A DNA stretch of 64,000 nt from Lentisphaeria bacterium (GCA_032251435.1 JAVVEH010000005.1:63380-127379), one strand, 5' to 3'; positions 45,041 to 55,736 are shown, numbered from the stretch's first letter. Numbers and translations are program-made. Notes: generated from the letters alone by a model not told the origin.

Positions 45041-46918
45041 TTATGGTTGGATGTTCGCCTTGATCAGTTTATCCGCCTCGAACAAGCGGCGTTCCAGATC
45101 CGCCGCGCGCAGGGCTTTCAAAAGCTTGTTACGCTCCTCACGGCTAAGCGCGGGAGCGGCTGTCGGGGCGTCACCGGTATAGTTTTTGTACATGTCAGCC
45201 AGTGTCCAATGGTCATTCCTTTGCGTCGCCAACGGGATCCCGTTCGCTTTCACATTGGCGAGCGGGTTGCGGCCCCAGGCGTAGCGGAAATAAACCGGTT
45301 CCGGAACCAACGGACTGGAAAGAACAATGACGCCGCGATCCCGCTTTGGCCGACCGCGGTCATCCTTTCCTGTCACCAGGTAGTCGGCCGCGGCCGGTTG
45401 GAACCGGCCATCCTCACCGGCAATGGCGAACCCGAGAATCGGCCCGTCATTGTGCGGTCCGACATGTGTGGTCATCTTCAGGGTGATCACGCCATTTCCG
45501 GCGGTCACCTCCTTGATGGCGGGCGGTTCCCATTGCAAACGCGTGCCGTATTGTGTGGCCAGCGCCCAGCGTGCGGCCCGTTCACCAACGGGCACTTTGA
45601 TTTGTGGATGAAACCAGGAGCGGCGCTGATCAAAACTGCTGGCAAAACCGATATTTTTGTCACCGGCTTTCATCATGTCGAGGAACGTCTTGTATTGGAC
45701 CTCGCGGATGTGGATGCCCTCATCGCACATGGCGGACACATAGTTGTCCATGTCCTGTGGCTCTCCAGCCGTGCACAGTGAAATGATACCGAACGGCATG
45801 TCCGGATCGCCGAAGGCGCCCCGCCACGCCTCGATCATTTTCGGAAAAACCTGGTAATACATCGCGTGCCCGTTAGGTTGCATCGCATTGTTGAAGCCTT
45901 GGTGCCAGATAACGCCTTTGACCGACAGTCCGGTCAAGGGCGCCAGCATGCTGGCGTAACAATTGCCGGGGCGATTCATGTTAATCGCCGGACTGGGGCC
46001 TGGTTCCGTCGGTGGTGTGCGGCCTGAGACATCTTCGCCTTGTGACCGAAGCCTTTCCGTGCGCTCGTTATAGTTCCGGACGCGTTCCGCGAGGGATGCC
46101 TCCGGCGAATACTCGGCGACTTTTCTGTCCCATTCCGCCAGCATGGTTTTGACCTCGGGCGTGTCCATCGCCCGCAATACCGAGTCGGGTGTCCAGGTCT
46201 CCAGCGCGGTGCCGCCCCGGGACACATCGATCACACCGATGGGAATCTGAGCCGCCAGATGGACGCGGCGGGCGAAGATGTAGCCGATGGCCGTCATCAG
46301 ACGCACATTGTCGGGCGTGCACACATCCCAGTATCCCTGCCGGAAATGCCTGTTGAACCAACTGTTCCATTGATACAACCGGGGAAACGCTTTTTTGTCG
46401 TCGGGCCCATCGAGTTGAGGAACAGTCAACAGCCGGATCTTTGGGAAATTGGCCGACGCGATTTCCAGATCACCGTCGACAACCTTGGCAATTTCAAATT
46501 CCATGTTGCTTTGGCCGCCTGTCACCCAGACATCTCCGATCAGGATATTATCCAATGACACTGTGTCGGTCTTTCCCTTGACAATCATGCGTTGCGGTTC
46601 GGCGTTGGCTGTCATCGGAGGCAACGTGACCTTCCAAGAACGGTCATCCGCGGTGATTGTCTCACCGCGCTGTCCGCCGAAGGCCACAGCCACCTCTTCA
46701 CCCGGCGCGGCCCATCCCCAGACAGCGATCGGCTTGCCGCGTTGAATGACCATGTTGGACTGGAACACGTTGCTGACACACAGTCCGTCACGAATGGCGG
46801 GAGTGTCAATACGATCCTCGCCCCGCTCCAGTTTTTCTTGAGCGCCAACCGACACCATAGTCAGCAGCAAAGCGGTCGCGGTGATCTTCACTATCTTTTT
46901 CATGCGTGTGTGTCCCAT
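45041..46918 (-). CDS. Sialate O-acetylesterase-like carbohydrate esterase (SASA/DUF303 domain)
   Basis: 625 aa with a signal peptide. The GDVWVTGGQSNMEFE motif and the overall length are typical of 9-O-acetylesterases. Confidence 0.8.
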   Translation of the reverse strand: MGHTRMKKIVKITATALLLTMVSVGAQEKLERGEDRIDTPAIRDGLCVSNVFQSNMVIQRGKPIAVWGWAAPGEEVAVAFGGQRGETITADDRSWKVTLPPMTANAEPQRMIVKGKTDTVSLDNILIGDVWVTGGQSNMEFEIAKVVDGDLEIASANFPKIRLLTVPQLDGPDDKKAFPRLYQWNSWFNRHFRQGYWDVCTPDNVRLMTAIGYIFARRVHLAAQIPIGVIDVSRGGTALETWTPDSVLRAMDTPEVKTMLAEWDRKVAEYSPEASLAERVRNYNERTERLRSQGEDVSGRTPPTEPGPSPAINMNRPGNCYASMLAPLTGLSVKGVIWHQGFNNAMQPNGHAMYYQVFPKMIEAWRGAFGDPDMPFGIISLCTAGEPQDMDNYVSAMCDEGIHIREVQYKTFLDMMKAGDKNIGFASSFDQRRSWFHPQIKVPVGERAARWALATQYGTRLQWEPPAIKEVTAGNGVITLKMTTHVGPHNDGPILGFAIAGEDGRFQPAAADYLVTGKDDRGRPKRDRGVIVLSSPLVPEPVYFRYAWGRNPLANVKANGIPLATQRNDHWTLADMYKNYTGDAPTAAPALSREERNKLLKALRAADLERRLFEADKLIKANIQP

Positions 46919-47169
46919 TGGTTACGTCAGCTTGCTTGTCAGCGGTCTTCACATCTTTGACCATGTCCGGCATCGCCTCCTTATTCCGGAAACAACGGTA
47001 AAATAAGTTCGGATAGCCTGGTTGCCGAAGCCGTATCGGCCTGCCGCCGACTGATCTTCAGTACCATAGTGGCCGAACCGCCTTCCTTCAACACCAGGAC
47101 AGCTCGGCGGATGGTCGATATGCGCAACCTTGGGGACGGTGTCTCGATCCTACCCCCGCGGACATCTTG

Positions 47170-49686
47170 TCAAAGCCTCATCAAAACATCTTCCCACTGG
47201 CTGGTTTGGGCTGTCGCCATGGCCCGCCGACAGAAGTCCTGATAGGTTTCCTCGTTGGTGACCATGCCGATCATAGCTTCAGCCAGGCAACCCGGATCCG
47301 TCGCGTCAACGATAAGCCCTGAATCATTTACCCGGACAATTTCCTGGGGGCCGCCCTGGTCCGAGACGATCGCCGGCAATCCGGACGCGTGCGCTTCCAA
47401 AACCACATTGCCGAAGGTGTCGGTCAGACTGGGAAACACCAGCGCGTCGGCGCTGGCATAGGCCCGGGAAAGTTCCTCACCATGCAGATACCCGGTGAAC
47501 ACAACAGTTTCATCCTTGTATTCTTTGGCGAGAGCGTGAAAACAGGGGCCGTCCCCGACCACCGCCAGGTCAGCTTTGACACCCCGTTCCTTCAGAATTC
47601 GTTGCGCCTTCAAAAGGCTGACCACATTTTTTTCTTCGGACAGCCGCCCGACATAGATGAATTTAAACGCGCCGTTCAGGCTGTGTTTTTCCCAGAATCC
47701 AGACTGCCGGTAGGCCGGAGAAAACCGCTTCAGATCCACGCCTCTGGGAAGCACTCGCAGCTTGTCGGCGCTGAAACCCATGGCTTCCAGTTCATGGACA
47801 TACGCCCGCGTGGGGGCGTAAATGACCTCCATCCGACCGTAAAACCATTTCATCAACCGTTTCGCCAGTTCGGCCATGGTGTCATCATCCGTCCAGTTTT
47901 GGATATAGCGCGGAAAATCCGTGTGGTATATACCCCGGGCCGGAATGCCCAGCAATTTGGCCGCCGTGACACCGATCAGACCGACAGGTCCGGGAGTCGA
48001 GATGAGCAGTTCATCAATGTCGGCTTCTTCAAGCCAGGCCAGAATCTCCATAAACGGGGGAAATGCCACTTTCTGACCGGGATAATCAGGCAGATCATAC
48101 ATGCCGACCGGCTTGAAATTTTTGATGGGAAAGCTGGCCACCGGATCCGCTTCCAGGCAGGTGACGACGGTGAGTCCAACCCCCTGTTCCTCGGCCAGCG
48201 CCGCCAGTGTGCGGATGGTTTTGGCCACCCCGTTCACATCATCGAAGGTATCCGTCAGCCACGCCCGGCGTTTGACCGGCCGGTTAATCTTTTCACCGCA
48301 GCCAAAATGGTCGGCCACGGCGCGCAGGAAAAAGTCATCTTTGTGCTGGGTCCCGAATGCCGTCAGGTAGGGAGTCAGCCCAATCCCGATGGGAACAAGT
48401 GACGCCGCGGACTGCAAGGCCCCCACCAGAGATCCTTTCCCGAGCTGGGCGGAACAGCGGACCATGAACGCGTATCCAAGGTGATGCCCCAGACTGGCGG
48501 CGGTTGTGAAACGGGACCGATAGCCCCCCGGCTCCCGCCGTCCGTTGTCGGAGAACAGCCCTTCGGTGGCCAGTTTGGAGAATTCAGTCAAAAGCTCCCG
48601 TTCAAACTCGGGCAACTGTTTTAATTTGCGTTTTTTGACCATCGGCCCCACAAGTTTACGGGCGACGGCCTTCAATCGGCCTTCACCGGTCGGCTGGGAT
48701 TCCTGCCCGGCGATTTTTTTGAGCAGGCCCCCCAACATGCTCTCCCCTTCCAGATTTTTCAGACGGCTGCTGTAGTAGTCGCAACCGATCGCCAGCAGGC
48801 TGTCCGCGAGTTTCAGGCTGTTGCCGGCGTTCCCTCCCGGCTGGTGATTACCGTTTTTCACGTGTTCAAGAAACCCATAAACCGTGGGGGCTTTCGGGGT
48901 CTGTGTGAAAGCGCTCGCGACATACAGGCCGCAATGGTCGTCGCTGCCGCCGGTCAGATGTTTGACCCAGGGCGATTCCCCCGCCGGTTCCAAATTGTGG
49001 CGGTTGGCGAGAATCTCGACACACTCCCTGTCAAGGCTGCCGAACACGGCCCGGGTGACCTGTGAGGCCAAGGCGTCACGGGTGCCATTGATCCCTTCAA
49101 AGTGATTGAACATCACCAGCAGTTTTTCAACATGCTCGATCGACAACTTGTCGTTCACCCGGAACAGGGGATGGGTGATGATGTGGGCGATGCCTTCCTT
49201 CAGAAGATAGTCACGCAGCTCGTAAATGTTGGACCGAATGTCCTGTAGATCATCGAATTGACGGCTACTGATCCCGCAGACCAGACAATGGATTTTGCAT
49301 CGGTCTTCCGGAAAATAGGTGGTCAGTTCGGTGGAGAGAAAGGTGCCGGGAAGATCGGAAATTTCCAGCGCGCCCTGGATGCAGTTATGATCGGAAATCG
49401 TGACATAGTCCATGCCGGCGGCCTTGCAGGCGTCATAGATGGCCCGGGGCTCGACGAAACTTTCGGGTGCCCCGATCCGGCGCAGAAACCACTCGCTGGG
49501 CCGGTTGGAATACTTGCTGTGAACATGCAAATCCGCCCGGGATGTCAAGACGCGGGCGTTCTTTTCGCTCATCTTTTGATTCTCAAAAGGCGTCATAATC
49601 ATGTGACTGGGTTCCTGTTCTGGAGCCAGACAGTTCACCCGACACCCGTCCGGTGATTCCTGTAACTGCCAAAGCACCGAAAACAT
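47170..49686 (-). CDS. PHP-domain phosphoesterase fused to a GT4 (GT-B) glycosyltransferase
   Basis: 838 aa. N-terminus ADLHVHSKYSNRPSEW..DYVTISDHNCIQGA..ITHPLF..GGSDDH (PHP metal-binding His/Asp pattern). C-terminus GRLSEEKNV.., VFPSLTDTFGNVVLEAHASGLPAIVSD (GT4 E-x7-E region). True start uncertain (Met1, Met29 or Met39). Confidence 0.8.
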   Translation of the reverse strand: MFSVLWQLQESPDGCRVNCLAPEQEPSHMIMTPFENQKMSEKNARVLTSRADLHVHSKYSNRPSEWFLRRIGAPESFVEPRAIYDACKAAGMDYVTISDHNCIQGALEISDLPGTFLSTELTTYFPEDRCKIHCLVCGISSRQFDDLQDIRSNIYELRDYLLKEGIAHIITHPLFRVNDKLSIEHVEKLLVMFNHFEGINGTRDALASQVTRAVFGSLDRECVEILANRHNLEPAGESPWVKHLTGGSDDHCGLYVASAFTQTPKAPTVYGFLEHVKNGNHQPGGNAGNSLKLADSLLAIGCDYYSSRLKNLEGESMLGGLLKKIAGQESQPTGEGRLKAVARKLVGPMVKKRKLKQLPEFERELLTEFSKLATEGLFSDNGRREPGGYRSRFTTAASLGHHLGYAFMVRCSAQLGKGSLVGALQSAASLVPIGIGLTPYLTAFGTQHKDDFFLRAVADHFGCGEKINRPVKRRAWLTDTFDDVNGVAKTIRTLAALAEEQGVGLTVVTCLEADPVASFPIKNFKPVGMYDLPDYPGQKVAFPPFMEILAWLEEADIDELLISTPGPVGLIGVTAAKLLGIPARGIYHTDFPRYIQNWTDDDTMAELAKRLMKWFYGRMEVIYAPTRAYVHELEAMGFSADKLRVLPRGVDLKRFSPAYRQSGFWEKHSLNGAFKFIYVGRLSEEKNVVSLLKAQRILKERGVKADLAVVGDGPCFHALAKEYKDETVVFTGYLHGEELSRAYASADALVFPSLTDTFGNVVLEAHASGLPAIVSDQGGPQEIVRVNDSGLIVDATDPGCLAEAMIGMVTNEETYQDFCRRAMATAQTSQWEDVLMRL

Positions 49687-50033
49687 GAATACTATGCTCC
49701 GCCGGTGTCAAATTATGATGAGGGAAAAATGAGAAATCAGTTAAAAAATGGCCGCGCATTCAGCGCAATGAACCAAGAAGCTGAAACCGTGGCGCTACGT
49801 CTTCACAAATCAAAAACTTAACAAATACGTCACGTTTTTTGGATGAAGACGGCGTTACTGGTTTGACGCTACGCTGCTGATCTCCGCCTGACGCGGAGTC
49901 AGCATCCGCTTTTGGCGGTCTTGTTGCTGATATCTGGTTGCGGGGTGGCGTTGCCTTTTACGTGCGGCATTTGCCGCAAAACATATTGAACCGGCGGAAC
50001 TCCTGTCGCCCTTTCAGGACACCTTCTCGCTGG

Positions 50034-50693
50034 TCATCGGAACAAAACGTCCGCGCCCATGGCCTGTTCGCGGAGGGATTTGGGCATCAGCCGCCGGATT
50101 GCGAAGGCGATGACGGGATAGGCGAGCGGCAGGAGCCGGAGCGCCAGCACGTGGTCGATAAGCCGATACCCCCGGCGCTCCCGGAACAACAGCAGATGGA
50201 GCAGTCGGAAATGGTGTTTTTTCAGGCGGGTACGCTTGAAATCCAGACGAACCCGGTAGCGCTGTTTGTATTTGGTGGCGTAGGCTTCTTTTAGTCGCTC
50301 CAGCTCGCGGGCGCGATCGGGCGTAAAGGGCTCGAAAAAGTACTTTCGGGCGGCTAAAAGAATCGTGAAGGTGTCAAGCTCCAATTCAAGGCCCTGATCG
50401 GGAATACCATGAATCCGGGCCAGTTCGATCATGTGTCTGACGGCGTTCACCCCGTGTTCCGCCTCCCGCAGGCTAGTCTCCCAGTCCTGGACAAATAACC
50501 GCGCATAGCGCCGGATCGCGTGGGAAACGAGGATCCGGTCCCAGACGGTGCAGAAAACGGGGGGCATCCGCAGACGGCGGAAAAAGATCTTGCGACGGGC
50601 GAACTCCCGCAGATACAGGGTGTTGAGAATGGCCTGTAAAACGGGACCGCCGCGGATCGGGTCATCTCTCCGGCGCGCGGGCCTCGTCAACAA
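50034..50693 (-). CDS. Hypothetical Arg-rich protein
   Basis: 219 aa and very basic (many RR/RK runs), with a hydrophobic C-terminal segment (LLPLAYPVIAFAI). Overlaps the tpx stop by 7 nt. No family recognised, so coding status is moderately uncertain. Confidence 0.45.
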   Translation of the reverse strand: MLTRPARRRDDPIRGGPVLQAILNTLYLREFARRKIFFRRLRMPPVFCTVWDRILVSHAIRRYARLFVQDWETSLREAEHGVNAVRHMIELARIHGIPDQGLELELDTFTILLAARKYFFEPFTPDRARELERLKEAYATKYKQRYRVRLDFKRTRLKKHHFRLLHLLLFRERRGYRLIDHVLALRLLPLAYPVIAFAIRRLMPKSLREQAMGADVLFR

Positions 50694-51199
50694 GCTTTCA
50701 CGGCGGTTAAGACAGCGGCGTAATCAGGCTCTTCCGCCACCTCCGGCACGATGCGCTCAAAGACAATTTTCCCGGCCGGGGAGATGACAAACGCGGCGCG
50801 GGCCAACAACCGGGCCTCCTTGATCAACACGCCGTAAGCCAGACCGGCGGCGGTTTCAGCATGATCAGACACGGTGAGGACATGGTCAGCGCCGGTGGCG
50901 CCGCACCAGCGGGCCTGGGCGAATGGCAGATCCACACTGACCACCACAACCTCAACGTCAGACAACTGACCCGCCTCTTGGTTGAACCGACGGATCTCGG
51001 TGTCACAGACGGGGGTGTCCAAGGATGGAACGGTCAATAAAATAACCGTCTTTCCCTTCAGTGAGCATAGAGAAAACGGACTTAAATCATTCTTCAGCGC
51101 GGTGAAATCCGGCGCGTCATCGCCCGCCTTAACGGCATTTCCCGCCAAGGTCACCGCATTTCCAAGCAACGTCACAATACCTGTTCGTTCTGTCATCAT
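50687..51199 (-). CDS. tpx: Thiol peroxidase (atypical 2-Cys peroxiredoxin)
   Basis: 170 aa from MMTERTG (AGGAG upstream). Peroxidatic Cys motif LLTVPSLDTPVCDTE and resolving Cys in LPFAQARWCGA. Confidence 0.9.
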   Translation of the reverse strand: MMTERTGIVTLLGNAVTLAGNAVKAGDDAPDFTALKNDLSPFSLCSLKGKTVILLTVPSLDTPVCDTEIRRFNQEAGQLSDVEVVVVSVDLPFAQARWCGATGADHVLTVSDHAETAAGLAYGVLIKEARLLARAAFVISPAGKIVFERIVPEVAEEPDYAAVLTAVKAC

Positions 51200-51325
51200 C
51201 ACACTCCTGTTACTGTATATGGGAAAAAACCCTTGATTGGTGCGGATCAAAAAATGGTCTTCGCGTTCAACACGTGAAGCCGAACATGTTTACCGTCTGA
51301 CACGACAGCGGGGGTAAAGTTTCGC

Positions 51326-54300
51326 TCATTTATCCGGCAGGAGATCCAAGTCGATGCCCTCGTCACCTTCAACTGATTTATTGTCACCGGGAGTAAACAT
51401 CCGCAGGGGACTGCGCATTTTCCACACCGGATCGTGCACACTGCCGGTCAACTGCGCCTCAAAAAACCACGACAAGGGTTTCGTCAAAAGCGGCACCAAA
51501 CTGATCGCCTTGAGCACCTCCCCGCTGACCGTGAAATTCAGACCTTGGTCATCTTTCGCCGCCCAGTGATATGTGCCCTCTCCTTTCAGCGCCACAATCG
51601 TGCCGTCGGTGGCCAGTCTGCCGACTTTTAAATAATCGCCGCAAAATTCCAGTTCCGCGTCGCAGGCGGTGATCAAGCCGACTTTTCCAAGCCCGATCAA
51701 AGACACCAGTTTTTGAACCAAAAAGGTGTTATTAAATTCCCCATCCCGAATTTTAATCTTTCCATCTCCGGTCAACGTCACCGTCTCCGCGCCTTTCGCT
51801 TTGCTGCTGAACAGAGCCAATTCGCCACTGACCTTTCCCAAGTTCACCGAGCTGTCCACATTGGCGTACGACTTCAACAGCTCATTTAAACTCAGATTTT
51901 TAAATGTCGCGTCCACCTTGCCAGCGCCAGTGAACCCATTCGAATGGCCGCTGGCCGCCAATTGTCCTCCCCCGACACCGCCTTTGTTAATCCGCCAACG
52001 CAATTCATGGTTATTCAAATTCCAATCCACGTCATAACCCTCTAAAGGCAACTTCCGGGCCACCAGCTCACCGCCCCGCATACGGCAGTTAATCAACGGA
52101 CGCAGCTTTCCGGTTAAATAGACCTGGCCGTCAATACGCACCCGGGAATCTTGCGAAGCGCTCACATCCGCCAGCGTCTCGCCTAAACTCGGAATGGCTA
52201 AAACAGCGTTGGCGACCGGATCGAACACCCCTTCGCAGTCAAACGACAGAATCGGTTCACCCGTCAAATCGACACGCACCTTTCCCGTGGCTTTCTCCTC
52301 GCCGTGAGTGATATCTATATCTGTCACGTCCACCACCCGCGGAAGCGCCAACTTCACCCGGGCGCTGAATGTGTCAAAGGGAACATGCTCAAAGACCATG
52401 TTTTCGGTTGTCAGCCGACCGTCTAAATTCAGATCCCACCGGTCCGACCCCAAATAGCGGTAGATGAAGGTCTTAACCCGCACGTAGGGCACCGTGTCGC
52501 CCCAGTCAAACGCGTCAAATGCCTTGAGAAAAACCGCCCGCCCCGAAGGCACGATAAAGGGTGCGACATGTCTAGGATCCAGCCGTCCTTTTCCATCGGA
52601 GAACGCCACCGTTGTCCGCGGCCAGGTGACCGTCAGTTCCGGGATGGTGAGCTCTTGAATCCGCGGGGAGTCGGCGATCACATTTTTCAACGTCAGCATC
52701 TTCTCGCCCACCATGAATTCAGACTCGGCTCTGGTGACGCGCGTTTCCCCGAACCAAAACCCTTCCGCGGCTACCTGTCCGGACAGTTTCCAATTCCGCA
52801 TGGAGAATGGCGCATCGGTCATGGAAAAAGAGAGGCGGGCTGGGGTTTCCCCCATTTTCAGTTCATCCATAAGATACGAATGGGGCAACGCCATGCTTTT
52901 GTAAAGACGCGGCGGAAACAGCGCGCCGGTCCCGTTCAGAGAAAAAGAGCGGGCGGCGAGATCCGCCGCGCCGGAAACACTCACGGCCTGCTCATCATCA
53001 AACGCCACCCGCACCCCGGCCGGCGCTGTCTGAATCATGCCATCGGCAAAAATCAATGGAACGTCATACCGCTGAATCGTGTTGTTTTTATAGGTCAGAT
53101 CACGACCGCTTAAACGGGCCGATCCGGTAATTTTCAAGGGCGAGAACGACATCTTTTTCAAGCTTACGGACACCTCCGGGAAGTCACCATTTTGGCAGCG
53201 CAACTGGCGCCAGAATGTCAACAACCCCGGACGGGTGGGCGGAATAAAAGGTGTCAGGCGCTCCGGGTTTAGCCGCACGTGTCCCTGCCCACTCAACACC
53301 CATCCCTTTTCATCCAATTCGCCTTGAACAGTGATGGCTTCTTTGCCGGTTTTATCCACCACAATCTCACATTTTTCCACCCGGATTTTCCGGTCATGCC
53401 GGTCAAACACGCAGGTAACCTCTCCTAAACGCTCGCCCCGCCAAGCGGCATTGCCGGCGGAGACGGTCCCCCCCAGCCGCCAGTCCCGCGGCGACAAAAC
53501 GGGACTTGGTGATAAAACAAGTTTGACGCGGGGAGGCACGGCGAAGGTGATATCCACAGCGGCGGGAGGCATCGGCGTGTCGAAGAAATAGTAGACCACC
53601 CGCGGGTTGAAGGCACCACTGACGCTGCCAGACAAAAGCCCCGAATCAAAGGCGTAGCGCGCGTCACCCGAGGCGAAGGAATCTCCTCCCAATTGAGCGC
53701 TGGCCCGTTGCAGCTCCAGAACCTTATCCAGGAGGACCGCCCGGCCCTTCAATGTGGCGATTGGAACATCGTTGATCTCCAAACCGGAAAACTGAAAAGC
53801 GAGAGAACCGGAACAAGCGGTGAAATCCGCCAGATCCGCATGAAACTCGCCGACGACAACCGCGTCGCCGTCGATAAAAAACTGGTCGGCCAAAATATCC
53901 TTAACCTTAGCCAAAACCCGAACCAGCGGGGCGGGCATCCCGTCCTGAATATGCCCCCAACCAGCCAAATTTTGGGTGCCCCCGGCGGAGGGCGGGGGCG
54001 CCCCGATCGTTCCCCGCCGGTTTCGCTGATCAAAGCCAACCAAATCGCCCTTCACCTGCAATCGCACCCCGTTAAGCGTGCCCGTCAGCCTGTCGATCTT
54101 CACCGCGGTGGAGGATAAGCGTATGTCGCCATAAATATGTTCAAACACGAAGCTTGAAGGTGACAGAGACGAGTCACCATCGGGCACCGGGAAAAAAACC
54201 TTTCCACCATATACTTTCAGCCGCTTAGGTATAAGCCTGCGGAAGAGCATGTCTTTTTTACGGAAACTTACTTTCGCGCGATCCGCGTAAAACATTTTCC

Positions 54301-54595
54301 GCCCCCCGGCGGGACCATCCCAGACGGTGATTCCCCGCGCCTGGACTCCGCGGAAAATCCCCGCTTTCATCGTTGTGACCGTGCAGGCGACACCCTTTTC
54401 CCGCATGGACAGGGAAACGATTTGAGCGAACACATCCGGCACACCGACGGTTTCACACCAGAGATCAACCAGCAGAGCCGCGGCGAGCGCGGTCAATAAT
54501 GGCAGGCGAATCGCCTTGACGAAATGCCTGAACCGAATTTTTTTTATGACTTTCACCGGCTTATTCGTCCGTTCCTGTGATCCAACCACCGCCAA
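51326..54595 (-). CDS. AsmA-family / TamB-like large envelope protein
   Basis: 1089 aa. Single N-terminal TM (LPLLTALAAALLVDLW), a long beta-rich body, and an AsmA-like C-terminus (LTGDGKIKIRDGEFNN..LKGEGTYHW..LNFTVSGEV). Confidence 0.7.
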   Translation of the reverse strand: MAVVGSQERTNKPVKVIKKIRFRHFVKAIRLPLLTALAAALLVDLWCETVGVPDVFAQIVSLSMREKGVACTVTTMKAGIFRGVQARGITVWDGPAGGRKMFYADRAKVSFRKKDMLFRRLIPKRLKVYGGKVFFPVPDGDSSLSPSSFVFEHIYGDIRLSSTAVKIDRLTGTLNGVRLQVKGDLVGFDQRNRRGTIGAPPPSAGGTQNLAGWGHIQDGMPAPLVRVLAKVKDILADQFFIDGDAVVVGEFHADLADFTACSGSLAFQFSGLEINDVPIATLKGRAVLLDKVLELQRASAQLGGDSFASGDARYAFDSGLLSGSVSGAFNPRVVYYFFDTPMPPAAVDITFAVPPRVKLVLSPSPVLSPRDWRLGGTVSAGNAAWRGERLGEVTCVFDRHDRKIRVEKCEIVVDKTGKEAITVQGELDEKGWVLSGQGHVRLNPERLTPFIPPTRPGLLTFWRQLRCQNGDFPEVSVSLKKMSFSPLKITGSARLSGRDLTYKNNTIQRYDVPLIFADGMIQTAPAGVRVAFDDEQAVSVSGAADLAARSFSLNGTGALFPPRLYKSMALPHSYLMDELKMGETPARLSFSMTDAPFSMRNWKLSGQVAAEGFWFGETRVTRAESEFMVGEKMLTLKNVIADSPRIQELTIPELTVTWPRTTVAFSDGKGRLDPRHVAPFIVPSGRAVFLKAFDAFDWGDTVPYVRVKTFIYRYLGSDRWDLNLDGRLTTENMVFEHVPFDTFSARVKLALPRVVDVTDIDITHGEEKATGKVRVDLTGEPILSFDCEGVFDPVANAVLAIPSLGETLADVSASQDSRVRIDGQVYLTGKLRPLINCRMRGGELVARKLPLEGYDVDWNLNNHELRWRINKGGVGGGQLAASGHSNGFTGAGKVDATFKNLSLNELLKSYANVDSSVNLGKVSGELALFSSKAKGAETVTLTGDGKIKIRDGEFNNTFLVQKLVSLIGLGKVGLITACDAELEFCGDYLKVGRLATDGTIVALKGEGTYHWAAKDDQGLNFTVSGEVLKAISLVPLLTKPLSWFFEAQLTGSVHDPVWKMRSPLRMFTPGDNKSVEGDEGIDLDLLPDK

Positions 54596-55628
54596 TCACG
54601 CAATCCCCCCGGTAAAACACCGCCGCCTGTCCGGGAGTGACCGCGGAGACAGGCCGTTTGGCCGCCGCGGTCGCCCGACCGGCCGCTCCCATAGACACCA
54701 CCGCCGGAACCGGACGCATGGAGAACCGCACCTGCAGCGCCACCTCCAGCTCATCGCCCGCGGCCAACGGCTCCCGCAACCAGTTCACATCCCGAATGAA
54801 CACCGTGTCCGACAACACGTCGTCTTTACTCCCCACCATAACCGTGTTTGTTTCAGCGTCCAACGCGGTCACATACCACGGCCCGCCACCCAGACCCAAG
54901 CCCCGGCGCTGCCCGATCGTATACTTGAAAAAGCCCTGATGCTCACCCAGCACTTGGCCATCGACCGCCACAATTTTTCCCGGCTCGCCGATGTCCGGGC
55001 GCTGACGGGTTATGTATCCCACATAATCGCCGTCGGGAATAAAACAAAGATCCTGACTTTCATCCTTTTCCTTCGGCACCAATCCCAGTTTATCCGCCAG
55101 GATCTTCACATCCTCCTTCAGACGGTCAGCCATTGGAAACTTAGCGAACGCGAGCTGTTCCTGACTGAGATCAAAGAGAAAATAACTTTGGTCTTTCGCC
55201 GGGTCAAGCGCCCGCCGGACCAGCCAGCGCCCGTCTTCCCGCTGAACCCGCACATAGTGACCCGTGGCCAACGCCTCGCAGCCCGCCCCGCGGGCGGCAT
55301 CGGCCAACGCCCCGAATTTAATCAGCCGGTTACACCGCACGCATGGGCTAGGCGTTTCCCCAGCGAGGTAGCTGTTCATAAAAAACTGTGTGACACAGGC
55401 GGAAAACTCCGTCCGCAAGTCGATCACCCGATGTTCAAAGCCCATTTTCGCGGCGGCGACTCGCGCGTTGGCGATGAAAGGCGCCAGCGTCTCCTGGCCC
55501 GTGTCCCACAGACGCATGGTCAGCCCGAGCACCTCATACCCCTCTCGCTGGAGTAAATAGGCGGTCAAGGTACTATCCACTCCGCCTGACATCGCCACCG
55601 CCACACGGTGTTTCTTTTTGACTGGCAT
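54561..55628 (-). CDS. mnmA: tRNA-specific 2-thiouridylase
   Basis: 355 aa. PP-loop VAVAMSGGVDSTLTAYLL, catalytic Cys segments (PSPCVRCNRLIKFG; SQDLCFIP). Confidence 0.95.
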   Translation of the reverse strand: MPVKKKHRVAVAMSGGVDSTLTAYLLQREGYEVLGLTMRLWDTGQETLAPFIANARVAAAKMGFEHRVIDLRTEFSACVTQFFMNSYLAGETPSPCVRCNRLIKFGALADAARGAGCEALATGHYVRVQREDGRWLVRRALDPAKDQSYFLFDLSQEQLAFAKFPMADRLKEDVKILADKLGLVPKEKDESQDLCFIPDGDYVGYITRQRPDIGEPGKIVAVDGQVLGEHQGFFKYTIGQRRGLGLGGGPWYVTALDAETNTVMVGSKDDVLSDTVFIRDVNWLREPLAAGDELEVALQVRFSMRPVPAVVSMGAAGRATAAAKRPVSAVTPGQAAVFYRGDCVIGGGWITGTDE

Positions 55629-55736
55629 TACTTATATCCTGACAGTAAACCGGCATGCGCCGCGTCCTCACGTGGAAAACCGTGATTTTAGCGGTACATT
55701 GCGGCGGTGTTCATTTTTTCAACAGGCGCTTCACAC

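Noticed and set aside
46985-47150. Minus-strand reading RLRISTIRRAVLVLKEGGSATMVLKISRRQADTAS, resembling an IS630-type transposase HTH relic
   Set aside because: The similarity is vague and spans only about 35 residues with no transposase body. It is not enough to report as a feature.
49729-49821. 30-aa + strand ORF (MRNQLKNGRAFSAMNQEAETVALRLHKSKT) with GAGGGA upstream, in the 347-nt gap before the PHP-GT4 gene
   Set aside because: No family is recognised, conservation is unknown, and it lies opposite to both neighbours. It is most likely chance, and only comparative genomics or Ribo-seq could rescue it.
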